From contig NC_043000.1 in the NCBI RefSeq assembly GCF_006345805.1, forward strand, positions 147,932,001 through 147,996,000: a stretch of DNA of 64,000 nucleotides, in the 5' to 3' direction. Source of the stretch: Octopus sinensis (Eukaryota). The notes beneath the pieces are model-generated. The model was not told the origin of the DNA. It made no database searches and saw only the letters and a list, made by a program, of their open reading frames with translations. The translations under genes were made by a program, and so were the position numbers. Shown in pieces: positions 12,118 to 25,054 of the stretch (positions are counted from its first letter, which is position 1; each line of letters opens with the position of its first letter).

Positions 12118-13690
12118 ACTTAGATGAATCAACTGATATTACAAATGCACCTCAATTATTAGTATTTGTCAGATATTTGTATGAAAACAGTGCATGAGGA
12201 CTTAGTGTTTTATCAATCATTAGATGAGGCTTTATTGAAAGTCGACAACTTTTTTAGAAAATATGTTTGGAATGAAATAACTGTTAGTGTATGTATTGAT
12301 AGCAAAACAACAAAGGTGGGAAAAAAATATAGGATTCGATGCTAAAATAAAATCTGTTACCAATGCACCTGCTAAATGCACTCATTGTATGATGCATTAA
12401 AAATAGAATTATTTTTTCAGGGCTAAATGTAGTAATACATGATGCTATAAAAATTATCAGCTTCATTAAAAATTATGCAATGATTAGCTGTCTATTTTCC
12501 AAATCTACACCAGGATATGAGAGCATTAAAGTTTTATTTTGTGTAAAGATTTGTTATGGTTGAGACAACTAGTAGACTTAACAATCTAAGTAATTTTGTT
12601 GTCAGAAAAAAAAAAATGAAATCCCGAAAAATTTTTTCATGGTGAGAATTGAGTTTGCAAATTATACCATTTGTCAGACATATGTAAAAAGCTCAATGAC
12701 TGTATTTTGTCCCTGTAAGGGAAGAACACAAACATTTTCGTTTTGAAAGGCATATTTGAAGCAAAGATCATAAAACACAAACCTATGGAAACATGCAGTA
12801 CAAAATGAAGCATTAATTTCTTTTTACTGTGAAAATAATATGACTTTTAATTCAACTAGCAGTATTGCTCGGCGTTGCTCGGGTTTGTTTCGGTCCTTTA
12901 GAATTGGAATTTTTGAAAAGTAAAAATTTTGCAATATGTAGCTTGTTATTCTCTTTAAGTGAACATTTTTCTGGTTGAAATACACTGAAAAATGGTGGCA
13001 CAGCAGTAAAAAGATCGTAAAAAATAGGGATTTTCATAGAAAAAAAGCACGTTTTTGATGTAAATAATTTTTGGTGTTAACATGGTTCGATTTGAATATT
13101 TTCTTCTACGGAATGAAGAGCAAGCCTTCTTCTATCATACTCTCAATTTTGGTCAACTTGCACCACAGGGTCTTGGAGGAGATAGTGTTAGTTGAAGGCT
13201 ACCAAACCTGCCATACACAGACAACTTCAGCTTTATATATAGAGAGATATGCAAATCATAATTAAACATCGGTAGGTACAGAAAACAGTTCTCCATGTAT
13301 TTTTTTTTTTTTTTTTTTACCAGGCATAGACATTTGTAAAATAGACTGAGTAAAAAAAATTCATTTCTTGTAACAATGCTGCAGGTTAAACATTTCATTT
13401 TGAGAATTTGAGAAAACTTTGAACAGCTGTCATACAATTCAAGTAACAATCTTGAAATCTTAAAAAACGTTTTATGGCTGAATGTGAAATTAGAATTTTC
13501 AATACTATTGGCAGATCTTCTACCATTTCATTCTACATATTTTAAATGAGTCTGAATTTTCAGCTTTAAAAATAAAATGCCACTCAACTAGAAAAATGTA
13601 GAAATTTCCTTAAGAACATCATTGACAAATATAAAGCCACAGATTGACATATTGTGCTGAAATAAACAAGTATGCCAATCCCATTGAAGA
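12118..13690 (+). mobile_element. Degenerate hAT transposase (Buster/Charlie, ZBED5-like), interrupted by a Helitron
   Basis: LDESTDITNAPQLLVFVRY at ~12120, THCMMH at ~12380, and C-terminal LLPFHSTY...SLRTSLTNIKPQIDILC*NKQVCQSH* at ~13510-13690, across frameshifts. Confidence 0.85.
12856..13247 (-). mobile_element. Non-autonomous Helitron (body type A)
   Basis: Minus strand starts TC and ends CCCGAGCAACGCCGAGCAATACTG-CTAG. Inserted between A and T with no TSD. Confidence 0.8.
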
Positions 13691-13737
13691 TAGTCATATG
13701 ATATATTTTTTGCTGTGAAGTTTCATGTGATTTTAAT

Positions 13738-14163
13738 CTTTTACTCTTACTCTTTACTCTTTTACTTGTTTCAGTCATTTGACTGCGGCCATGCTGGAGC
13801 ACCATCTTTAGTCGAGCAAATCGACCCTGGGACTTATTCTTTGTAAGCCAAGTACTTATTCTATCGGTCTCTTTTTGCTGAACCGCTAAGTGACGGGGAC
13901 GTAAACAAACCAGCATCGGTTGTCAAGCAATGCTAGGGGGACAAACACAGACACACAAACACACACACATACATACATATATATATATATACATATATAC
14001 GACGGGCTTCTTTTAGTTTCCGTCTACCAAATCCACTCACAAGGCATTGGTCGGCCCGGGGCTATAGCAGAAGACACTTGCCCAAGATACCACGCAGTGG
14101 GACTGAACCCAGAACCATGTGGTTGGTAAGCAAGCTACTTACCACACAGCCACTCCTGCGCCT
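13738..14163 (-). mobile_element. SINE family 1, full length
   Basis: Collinear with 6591-7000. Confidence 0.9.
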
Positions 14164-14416
14164 TTTATTTAAATTTTAAAAGTAATTTTTTGAATTTTAG
14201 TTTGTTATATATGATATATTATTAAATATAATTATATACAGGCTATATTTTTTTCAGTTCTTACTATATTTAATAACACTGAAAACTGCAAGGAAATTCA
14301 ACCAGTGAAAAAAAAGGCTAATGAGAGAAGAAGGTTGAAGAAGTAATAATTACAGTTAATGTGCAGGAAATAGCAGACAATTCTCCTCCAAATCCCATCT
14401 AGGACAACATAGATCT

Positions 14417-14556
14417 AATCGTCATCGTCACCACCATCATCATCATCACCATCATCACCATCATCATCACCATCACTACCATCACCACCATCACCACCAT
14501 CACCACCATCACCACCACCACCACCACCACCACCAGCACCATCACCACCATCATAG
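14417..14556. repeat. (CAT/CAC)n trinucleotide tract
   Basis: Direct reading. Confidence 0.9.
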
Positions 14557-14645
14557 TAATTCAACCAGCCAGAAATAGCAACCAAATCTTCTTTCAAACC
14601 ATACTCTACCATCTTAAAATAGGAAGTATACAACACACAATGTAA

Positions 14646-16231
14646 TACTCTTACTCTTTTACTCTTTTACTTGTTTCAGTCACTTGACTGCGGCCATGCT
14701 GGAGCACTGCCTTTAGTCGAGCAAATCGACCCTGGGACTTATTCTTTGTAAGCCCAGTACTTATTTTATCGGTCTCTTTTACCGAACCGCTAAATGATGG
14801 GGACGTAAACGCACCAGCATCGGTTGTCAAGCAATGCTAGGGTGACAAACACAGACACACAAACACACACACACACATATATATATACACTAGCAGTATC
14901 GCCCGGCGTTGCTCGGGTTTGTAAGGGAAATAACTATATAAGCATTTTTAGAGAGTTATAGCCAAAAAATAGCAAAAAAATGCATTAAAAATTGAAAAAA
15001 AATTAAGGTAAATTTTTTTTTAAATCGTTGACACATCGTAGATATTTTTAGAGAGTTACTTCCCTTATATAAAAGCGAAAAAATGCATTAAAATGGAAAA
15101 ATATGATGGTAAATTTTTTTTAAATCGTAGACTCATCGTAGACGCGCACTAATACCCAGAAGGGCTCGATATGAATCACGACTATAAGATACCCGCTTTT
15201 GGTTAAACTGCCACCGCAAAATGTGGGAGTAATTACGAATGTAAATCGAAGGAGACAGACACACACTTCACTCTTATATAAAGATGCTTTTTTTTTTCAG
15301 TCATAGAGTTAGATTTATGAAGGTCTTCAGTAGAAAATCCTTCGAATTCTGACTCGCTGCTTGATATAATGAAATTCGTATCCATTTTTTGTCAGAATTA
15401 CAAATTTTGAAAACACAATAGGAACAAATTTCGGAAAAAAAATCTCCCAAATTCACGGAATTAAATTACACTTCGATTTTTGTACAAAACTGTATTGGAA
15501 GTGTTACGAAGTATAATACGTGTTTTCACGAATGTACTAAAGAGATTTACTCTGATATTCTCATTTAAATATGAATAGGTAAATTCGGGCGGTTTGGTAA
15601 CGAAAGGGTTTATATAAGTGTCGTCTGTTTATACATAAACACTGTTTCATACTTTCAGTTTAGTCTTCCTCAAATCACTGTCGCTAATTTACTCTCTTCC
15701 AAAAACATTTTCACTCACTGTTATCTGTTAGCTTCCCATACATTTTACTCATGTATCTATCAGCGTGATAGACAGAAACAAATACTACATCTAGTTTCAC
15801 TTTATTGGTTGCACACTGTGTGTGTGCGTTTGCGTGTGGTGTAAACCAGACTAAGAAAAGCATTTGACACACACACCAGAATGTGAGTTTTCTGTAAATT
15901 TTGCTTAATTGGAGTTTAAATTTTAAAAACTGGACCTGGCATGACGCGATGCATTGTACTCTTAAAACTGCTAAGTAAATTGTAATTGTAGAAATCCTAT
16001 ATTGTAGATTTCTATAACTCCCAAAGGGAGGCAGATAAAATCTGCCTTTTATAATAAGAGATATATACGACAGGCTTCTTTCAGTTTCCGTCTACCAAAT
16101 CCACTCACAAGGCATTGGTCGGCCTGGGGCTATAGCAGAAGACACTTGCCCAAGATGCCACGCAGTGGGACTGAACCCGGAACCATGTGGTTGGTTAGCA
16201 AGCTACTTACCACACAGCCACTCCTGCGCCT
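14646..16231 (-). mobile_element. SINE family 1 split by a Helitron insertion (SINE parts 14646-14889 and 16062-16231)
   Basis: Rejoining gives ATATATACA|TATATACGAC, the same junction sequence seen in intact copies. Confidence 0.9.
14890..16061 (-). mobile_element. Compound non-autonomous Helitron, 1172 bp, copy 1
   Basis: 5' TC at 16061, internal second 5' TC terminus at 15284, 3' hairpin CCCGAGCAACGCCGGG plus CTAG at 14890. A|T insertion without TSD. Confidence 0.85.
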
Positions 16232-16519
16232 AAATATATAAGTCTGAACACAAAATGAGGTGGTGATATCTGAAATGTCTTTGATCATAGGACTGTTGAT
16301 CAGGGCTGGCCTGGGGCTGAAATACTGCAATAATGTAATGAATGAAGACAATGAGAGGGCCTAAACTTGCTGAGAACAGCAGATACATCTCCTTCAAATC
16401 AAATCAAATTCTATGTTAAAAAATGCATGATGTATTGGATAATGTTGTCCTAGATATAAAGACTGGAGTACTTTTGATTATCACTTTCTTGCTTCACGCC
16501 ACATCACTTATGAACATTG

Positions 16520-16830
16520 ACTCCTACTCAAAAGCACAGTATATCCTTCATTGGAGTTTTCTTGACTACAGTCTTGGATCATCAGCATGGTTTGACAGAC
16601 CACATGTTGGATGTTTTTACAAGGCACCACACATGTGGATAGCTGTTGGCTCACAATGGACTCATCCATCCTTTGATATGTCTTGTTCCTTTGTCCTGCA
16701 ATATGTCCATAACACTTGCCTCACCTGGTAAGCCAAGAGGGAGGGGCCAATTTTGTGACTGACCACCCCAACCATGAAACAGGTAGTATTGTGGTACATG
16801 GTACTAGTGGCAAGACTTTCCCACCCCGAT
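16520..16830 (-). mobile_element. Old RTE-like LINE C-terminal relic
   Basis: Minus-strand CYGHIAG, resembling WYGHIAR, followed by UTR-like sequence. Confidence 0.4.
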
Positions 16831-16865
16831 TCAGGGTTAAATCACTGATTAAACAACAGAAACAA

Positions 16866-17037
16866 TATATTATTTCTTTTACTACTCACAAGGGGCTAAA
16901 CATAGAGGGGACAAACAAGGACAAACAAACGGATTAAGTTGATTACATCAAGAGTAACTGGTACTTAATTTATCGACCCCTTAGCGGAATTTGAACTCAC
17001 AACGTTGCGATAGGTGAAATACCGCTAAGCATTTCGC
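16866..17037 (-). mobile_element. SINE family 2, internally deleted
   Basis: Reverse complement of the tail and head of 19775-20020. Confidence 0.8.
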
Positions 17038-17138
17038 TTTTGCAATTTCACTTGCTTGATGGCTCTTCTCATAATATGAACCACAAATTATATTAACATA
17101 CATACATACATACATACATACATACATACATACATACA

Positions 17139-17169
<31 letters not shown>

Positions 17170-17704
17170 GTATGAGCCGCCTTAAAAACAATATATTAAG
17201 TCAACTTCCTTTCAAGTTGTCAAAGAATAAAAGAGTTAAATGATTTGATTATTTAGGTTAGTGAAAAGGATGAGATTTGAACCCATGATACCATGATTAA
17301 GAGACATGGGCCACTGTCTGATAGGCTGTTGGTCATTGGTTACCAACAGGATTATTATGGTTTTATTGATTAAGAGAATATTACCAATTCCAGTAGAGTC
17401 CAAATAATCCTGAAAAATAACATTGCCAAAAACACTGCAGTGAATCAATGTTCTTGTATAGTTGTGGGCGTTATGCACCATCATAAAGACATATATTCAT
17501 ACATAGGTGTGGGTGTGTATACATGCATGCATACACATCCACACACACACACACAGATGTATGTATAATCATGTGTGCATGTATATATACATGAGTGTGC
17601 ATATATACATGTATTTATACATATATGTGTATGTACATATATGTATGCATATATGTGTATGTACATATATATATATGTATATACAAGCATGCATATATAT
17701 ATAT

Positions 17705-17910
17705 TAATAATAAAATATTAGGGAATAAATCCAAACTTACAGGGAAAAATCAGATTTAGGATTGAATCTAATTTTATAGTAAAATATTATATTATATTAA
17801 ATTAGAGATAAAACCACTATTAGGCAAATCATACAATGAAAAACTTAAGCCAATACATAAGATTAATTAATTTATATTATTTAAAATATATATCAAAATT
17901 AAAAAGATAA
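17705..17910. repeat. AT-rich dispersed repeat in (TA)n, probably a Penelope-like element terminus
   Basis: 17799-17908 is the reverse complement of 38461-38573, which abuts the hammerhead fold. Confidence 0.65.
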
Positions 17911-18587
17911 TTTATATATATATATATAATATATATATATATACAAGCTGAATAGCCCATCATTGCTAGGCAATTTTTACAATAGAATGTCTTATATAAA
18001 TTTTTGTGTATTCCATGTCAGATCATGCCTTCCGCAACAGATTTGTGCAATTTTTCACCAAAAACTTTGCTGAGAATTTTTCCTTTTCAAATTATTTACA
18101 TGTCTGTTCGACTATTTCACATGACTTTATTCATTAAAACTTCAGAAGTTCATACAATTTTGGTCAGCATAATGCTTTGCTTTCATTTGTTTAATAAAAA
18201 TTCCTTCTCCTAATGATTTTGCTTTCATTTTGTGATAGATAGCTATCATGCAGAAAATGTCAGCTTCCAAATCCTGTTTTCTGATTAGGTAAAATTGATT
18301 AAACATTGAACCTCAGTAATATTTTTCTGCAATTTTTCTGGAGCAAATGAATAACAAAATTGGATTTAATATGGAAAATTAGTTCAATATACCAAATTTG
18401 AAGCCTTTGACATAATTTTAAAATCTTACAATATGTGACAGCAACAGGGAAGACCCTACAAAAGTAGAGAGATAGACAGTTATAGGACGTCTCACACACA
18501 CACATACATTTACAAACATACACATTGGTAATCACGAGTTTAAAATGGTGTATAGTAGACATATGTATGTGTGTACATATGTATGTA

Positions 18588-18633
<46 letters not shown>

Positions 18634-19060
18634 TCTGTGTGTGTTTCTTTGCGATGTACATCAGAAAAGCCACCCCCTCTCTCCTTAAAGCTACGTATTC
18701 CTCACACCCACCTGTTTGTGTCTGTGTATGTTGTTTCTATGTATTTACGAAAGTATATATGCAGCATCACATATATATAGCAGCGGTATTAACGTTACCA
18801 TCCCATTGTCACTCAATATTTGTCACTTACATAATGCTGTTCTTGCCATCCCTGATATAAGTCATCCTCATTCTGCTACTACGTTTCCCTCTGACTAGTA
18901 CTTTTTGCACCCTTCTCAGTTTATCATATAATTCACCGAACCCCACTGAGGGGTGGGGAGGGGGGCACATTATAGATTTTTATTGAAATCCAATTGGCCT
19001 ATCATTGAACTGGATGTTAGTATAACATGTTTGCAAAGTTTTGTGAATATTGGTTGGGCC

Positions 19061-19117
19061 TTCAACCTGGCCTTTCGAGATACCTGTAAAGCCAGAAGCT
19101 TTTCAGCACCCCTTCAT
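19061..19117 (-). mobile_element. Mariner terminal-inverted-repeat relic
   Basis: GCCAGAAGCTTTTCAGCACCCC. Related termini lie at ~22529-22553, 26229-26280 and 50730-50760. Confidence 0.55.
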
Positions 19118-19151
19118 GTACATGTATACACACACACACATATATATATAT

Positions 19152-19182
<31 letters not shown>

Positions 19183-19247
19183 GAAAGACAGACAGATAGG
19201 TAGATAGATAGATAATTGTGTCTAGGAATGTATGTTGCATGTCTGTA

Positions 19248-19685
19248 TAGGCATGGCTTTGTGGTCAAGAAGCTTGCTTCCCAACCATGTGATCTTGGGT
19301 TCAACCTCATTGTGCTGCATCTTGAGCAAGTGTCTTCCACTATAAACCAGCTCAAGCAATACCTTATAAGTAGATTTAGGAGATAGAAACTGAGAGAAGC
19401 TTGTGTGTGTGTGTGTGTGTGTGTGCTTGTGTGTGCTTGTGGGTGTGTGTATACCCTTGTCTAGACATCACATGATGGCTGTAAATAAGAATCACTGTCA
19501 TACAAGCAAGGTTGTTTGTTTCCAGTCTTCTATGAAAAACATGTCTAGCCATGGGAAAATATTCCCTTATTTGGAAACATTAGGATTAGCAACAGGAAGG
19601 GCATCCAGCCATAGAATATCTGCCTTAACAAATTCCATCTGATCAATACAAGTATGAAATGTGGATGCTAAATGATGATAATGAT
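19248..19685 (+). mobile_element. SINE with family-1 head/core but RTE-type tail
   Basis: Head, core and (TG)n as in family 1. 3' part has GGAAGGGCATCCAGCC...GCTAAATGATGATAATG, matching the RTE 3' UTR. Confidence 0.7.
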
Positions 19686-19774
19686 TTTATATCTATATTT
19701 ATATCTATATATCTATATCTATATATATATATATCTATATCTATATCTATATATCTATATCTATATCTATATAA

Positions 19775-20020
19775 GGCGGCGAGCTGGCAGAATCGTTAGC
19801 ATGTCGGGCGAAATGCGTAGCCGTATTTCGTCTGTCGTTACGTTCTGAGTTCAAATTCCGCCGAGGTCGACTTTGCCTTTCATCCTTTCGGGGTCAATTA
19901 AATAAGTACCAGTTTTGCACTGGGGTCGATATAATCGACTTAATCCGTTTGTCTGTCCTCGTTTGTCTGTCCTCGTTTGTCCCCTCTATGTTTAGCCCCT
20001 TGTGGGCAGTAAAAAAAATA
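19775..20020 (+). mobile_element. tRNA-headed SINE family 2, full length
   Basis: A-box-like TGGCAGAATCG, B-box-like GAGTTCAAATTCC, core GAGGTCGACTTTGCCTTTCATCCTTTCGGGGTC, tail TTTAGCCCCTTGTGGGCAGTAAA. Confidence 0.9.
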
Positions 20021-20033
20021 TATCTATATCTAA

Positions 20034-20084
<51 letters not shown>

Positions 20085-20792
20085 TACATATACCTATGGA
20101 AAAAGAGAGAGAGAGAGAGAGAGAGACAATTGAGTGAGAGATAGAGAGAGCAATTGAGTGAGAGAGAGAATGAAAGACAGACACGTACAGTCCATATGAA
20201 GAAATTTGTGTATGTGCACTTATGTTTGTGTGTGCGTGCATGTGTGTGTGTGTGGTGGGTGTTGTTTAAATTGATAACTGGACAGCAATCAATTCCATGT
20301 TTCTAGAATATTCATTGATTTGTTGTTGTGTAAAGTACAGTTGAGATATTAATTACTATATATCAATACAACACAGTTTATATTGTATCTACTTTGTTTC
20401 TCTGTACGTATGTTTCCCTTTATGTCCATGTGAACATGTGTTTGCCTTGTATCTCTGTGAGTGATTTATGGTTTTTGGAGTTTTTCAATATAGCAATTTA
20501 AGCATCACACTCACACATACTTATTCCCATGCATTCATTCTCATACACACATTCATAGATAAGTTTATGCATGGGTGTGTGTAAGTGTTAATCTTCTTTA
20601 TGTGTGTCTATGAGTTTTTATGTGTTTTTATGCTATCTTTTTTTGTGATTATTTGAACACTTCTAATAAAGAAAGTGTTGGTTTGCAGCAAAGAAAAAAG
20701 CTCAGTCACTGGAATTTAGATAACAAAAATGGTGAAAATTTACATGTTGAGCATTACAGATGTCTTTTATACTTTTACTGTTCTGTTTACAG

Positions 20793-20832
20793 ATTATATC
20801 TTAGATTATGTAGTTGGTCATTTTCTTCGCGA
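20793..20832 (+). other. Candidate 40-nt exon
   Basis: Strong acceptor CTTTTATACTTTTACTGTTCTGTTTACAG, weaker donor GA|GTAAAC. Open frame (D)YILDYVVGHFLR, which retains CGCG in a CpG-poor region. Confidence 0.25.
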
Positions 20833-21294
20833 GTAAACCCTGGCTTTTAGGATTAACAATAACACAGTCTATTGCACTAATAACTATAGATATAAACGTG
20901 AATTTATAATTTGGGTTTCAAAGTATTTATCTGTAAATTGTCTATTTCTCACTGGTTTTGAGCAAATTGTTCACATTAGCAAGTCTATATATATATATAC
21001 ACAGACACACACACACACATATATATCTGGTCTTTATATATATATATATATCTTTTTTTCTTATGTCCCAGTGAACTATATCTTTGCACGCGGGCATGGC
21101 TGTGTGGTTAGGGAGCTTGCTTCCCAGCTACATGGTTTCGGGTTCAGTCCCACTGTGTGGCACTTTGGGCAGGTGTCTTCTGCTATAGCCCCGAGTTGAC
21201 CGAAGCTTTGTGATTGAATTCGGTAGGTGGAAGTTACTGCCGTGTATGTATATGTACGTGTAGGTGCTTGTGCCTCTCCGAAAGAGAGAGAGGG

Positions 21295-21336
<42 letters not shown>

Positions 21337-21389
21337 TAATATAATTTATGGTTCATATTATGAGAAGAGTCATCAAGCAAGTGAAATTG

Positions 21390-21967
21390 CAAAAGCACCT
21401 TTCAAGTGTTGTGCTTCATGGAGGCAAAGTGACTGAACTCCTTTTGAGTGTTGGGCCTCACGGAGGCAATGACCTTGGAAGCACCTTTGAAGCACTGGGC
21501 CTCATGGAGGCAAAGTGGCTGAGATCCTTTCGAGGCAATGACCAAAACCTTTGGCATTATGTCATGCTTGACATGAAGACCCCTCAAACTGAGCAAAATT
21601 GCAGTCGTGGCAGATATGGGTCTCACAAAGACAAGAACTGAAACTTTTGAAGCACCTGCAAAGTGGCTGAGCTCCTTTCGAGTTTTGGGCCTCACAGAAG
21701 CAATGACTGCGACCTTTGGCATTATGTCATGCTTGAGAAGAAGACCCATCAAGCTGAGCAAAATTGCTGTTGTGACAGATACCAGTGTCATGCAAATGGC
21801 ACTTGTGCTGGTGGCACGTAAAAACACCCATTACACTCTTAGAGTGGTTGGCATTAAGAAGGGCATCCAGCCATAGAAACCATGCCAAATCAGACTGGGG
21901 TCTGGTGCAGCCTTCAAGGCTTGCCAGCCCCGCTTAAACCACATGGACAATGGTCGTTAAATGGAGG

Positions 21968-22010
<43 letters not shown>
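21390..22010 (+). mobile_element. RTE LINE 3' end with scrambled, duplicated C-terminal modules
   Basis: Repeated TGGGCCTCAYGGAGGCAA and GACCTTTGGCATTATGTCATGCTTGA segments (LGLTEAM...DLW.Y..L), then RTE UTR and (GAT)n. Confidence 0.75.
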
Positions 22011-22012
<2 letters not shown>

Positions 22013-22074
22013 CTGTATGTGTTTAACCCTTTTATTATCATATTTCTGTTGAAATATGTTCTTTTTTTTTAAAT

Positions 22075-22270
22075 TTATTTTTTATTTATCTAGTTTCAGC
22101 TCACAAGCTGTGGCCATGCTGGGGTACCGCCATTTGGTGTTGCTACATGATTTTACTTCAAGAATGCTTTTTAGCAATTGCCATTTGGTGCACGAGAGAG
22201 TTCGATGCAGCTGCCCTCATCTGCACCTCCTGCCGTGAAGTTGGTTCATCTGGGATACCTGACAAGAAGA
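22075..22270 (-). mobile_element. LINE 3' end of the same family as 9985-10190
   Basis: Reverse-complement match over ~180 bp. Confidence 0.75.
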
Positions 22271-22680
22271 GATCCAGTTTCATTTTAAAGACATCTGTAT
22301 CCACCCCATGCAGGTCTCTTAAATAATTAATTTGTAAATATGAAGAATTATCATTCTTATGCTGGTGGTAATGTGAAATTTTGATGAATGGTTTTCATTC
22401 AAATTCCTGTAACCTTTTAGCGTTCAAATTTCATCAATCAATGTGAAATTTGAAGTGTGGGAATCTGAGAGGGGAATATGTTGAAAAAATTATAATTAAC
22501 TGATCCTCCTGTATTTTCTTTTACACAAAGCCAGGAAATTTTCAGCACCCCTCATATTGTCTCATAACTTTGAAATTTCAATGATGTTATTACCTATTTT
22601 TAGAATGATATTGTAGGATAGGCATGAGGCTAGATCTAGCCATTTTGAACATAAAGCAAGAGGTGTATTTAGGCTGGATA

Positions 22681-22950
22681 TCATCATCATCATCATCATC
22701 ATCGTTTAGCGTCCGCTTTCCATGCTAGCATGGGTTGGATGGTTCAACTGGGGTCTGGGAAGCCAGGGGGCTGCACCAGGCTCCAGTCTGATCTGGCAGT
22801 GTTTCTACGGCTGGATGCCCTTCCTAATGCCAACCACTCCATGAGTGTAGTGGGTGCTTTTTACGTGCCACCCACACAGGTGCCAGATGGGGCTGGCAAA
22901 TGGCCACGGACGGATGGTGCTTTTTATGTGCCACCAGCATGGGGGCCAGA
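22681..22950 (-). mobile_element. RTE LINE 3' UTR fragment
   Basis: (CAT)n-CGTTTAGCGTCCGCTTTCCATGCTAGCATGGGTTGG...GGATGCCCTTCCTAATGCCAACC. Confidence 0.9.
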
Positions 22951-23066
22951 TGCTAAAGGGCTAAAGGGTTAAGTTTGCATCATAGTTTGTAGTTCCAGGT
23001 AAGTTGATATCAAAAGGATTAGATACCTGTATTTCTGTTCTTGTGATTTTTTAATACCAGTGAACC

Positions 23067-23331
23067 TTTTATCTTTCATTTTTTATCTGTTTATGTTGTT
23101 AGGCTGTGGCCAACTGGGGCACCACCTTGAAGTTTTAGTTAAATAAATCGACCCCAGTTTTTTTTTGTAAAACCTGGTACTTATTCTATTGGTCTCTTTT
23201 GCCCAACTGTTAAGTTACAGTGATGTAAACACACTAACACCAGTTGTCAAGCATCAGTGGGGGACAGATTAGATGCAAAGACCCCCACCCCACACACACA
23301 TGAACACATGCACATACACACACACATGTAC

Positions 23332-23371
<40 letters not shown>

Positions 23372-23477
23372 ACACAAACACACACACACACACAACGGGC
23401 TTCTTTCAGCTTCTGTCTACTAAATCCACTCACAAGGCTATGGTCAGCCTGAGGTTATAGTTGAAGACACTTGCCCA
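23067..23477 (-). mobile_element. Diverged SINE family 1, head truncated at the LTR-like insert
   Basis: Collinear tail and core. Confidence 0.75.
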
Positions 23478-23488
23478 TCATATAATAT

Positions 23489-24633
23489 TGTTACGAGGGC
23501 GACCTCCGATTCGAACTGTTATGGAATCCCTCACACCCAGGCCCGTTCGATGCAGTGAATAAGCTACGGAACTCGGCGGAGAGGAGAGGAGAGATACACA
23601 CACAACAACAGCAGCAGCAGCACAGAGGCAATCGAGAGAAACACAAAGAGGCAAGGCACAACTGGCTTACATTTAACAACTAGTTTATATGACAATCAAT
23701 TGTTACAACATCAAATACATTTCAGATACATTTAAAAGAGGACATGCACGTGACAACTCAATACATCATACAGGTATACCACAGATCAAAGCATTTAAAC
23801 ATGCAAGTAACAATATAACCGTCCGGTAACAACACATCAAGGTCAATACATCAGCATTTCAAAGGTACACGTCCGAAGACACAGTTCTATTTCAAAACAC
23901 ATCAACAAGTCATATACAGTTCAAAGGACATTACAGGCCTAACAGTTCAATGTTCATTATACAATGTTCAAATCACAACACTGTACACAATGTCTTTACA
24001 CAATTCACATTGTTCTTTTCACTGTCTTATTTCTTTTCACTGTTCAATACATTGATTCCTTTTTCCTTCTTTTTCTTCACATATCAATACACAATTCACG
24101 TACCTTTAGTTCCTACTAGAATAGCCAGTGTCCCATATTGTAGTTCCTCTCTAACAGCCGCCTATTCCTCTGTATATATCTCCCTCTGTCCCAATGCTCC
24201 AAAACCGCCGACTGCCTGCCTTGACTTCCAAAAACCCGACTGCTCGCTTTGACGACTGAATACCGACTGTCTCTATCACTAGCCTCAATCTGTCTCTTAG
24301 CACTTATACTCTCTCTATCCCGCCTGGTCCTATGTCCCTATCTTTATCGACGCTGTCACTGTCATCCTCTCTCATGACAGCTCTCAGATCCCTTACTCTG
24401 TCTTTCCACTGCTAATATTCTCTCTATCTTCACTGTCACTAGATTCTTCCTTACTCTATCTTCCTCGGCCCTCACATCTCTCTGACCCCTAATCGACCGG
24501 CACAAGGCCAAAGGTCCCTCCAAAAGCCATTAGTCTTCCAGTAAACAAAGGGCTGTATCTTTTTATTCCAGACTTGCAGGCGCCACTCCCAACAAAGTGG
24601 GTCAAGAAATACTGTACTAGCCGAACCATAACA
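23489..24633 (-). mobile_element. Probable solo LTR (~1.1 kb)
   Basis: TGTTA...TAACA termini. An alternative 8-bp perfect IR is TGTTATGG (23517) / CCATAACA (24626-24633). Non-coding and CpG-retaining; TSD imperfect. Confidence 0.5.
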
Positions 24634-24646
24634 CTATATATAGTCT

Positions 24647-25035
24647 ATTCTTTTATTCTTTTATTTGTTTCAGTCATTTGACTGCGGCCATGCTGGAGCA
24701 CCACCTTTAATCGAGCAACTCAACCCCGGGACTTATTCTTTTGTAAGCCCAGTACTTATTCTATCGGTCTCTTTTGCCGAACCGCTATGTAACGGGGACA
24801 TAAACACACCAGCAACGGTTGTCAAGCAAGGCTAGGGGGACAAACACAGACACACAAACACACACACGCATATATATATATACATATATACGATGGGCTT
24901 CTTTCAGTTTCCGTCTACCAAATCCACTCACAAGGCTTTGGTTGGCCCGAGGCACTTGCCCAAGATGCCACGCAGTGGGACTGAACCCAGAACCATGTGG
25001 TTGGTCAACAAGCTACTTACCACACAGCCACTCCT
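24647..25035 (-). mobile_element. SINE family 1, near full length
   Basis: Collinear with other copies, with a short deletion in the core. Confidence 0.9.
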
Positions 25036-25054
25036 ATATATATATATATATATA

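Noticed and set aside
22960-23004. Consensus donor CAG|GTAAGT at 22999
   Set aside because: No credible upstream acceptor or exon; the sequence upstream is RTE UTR.
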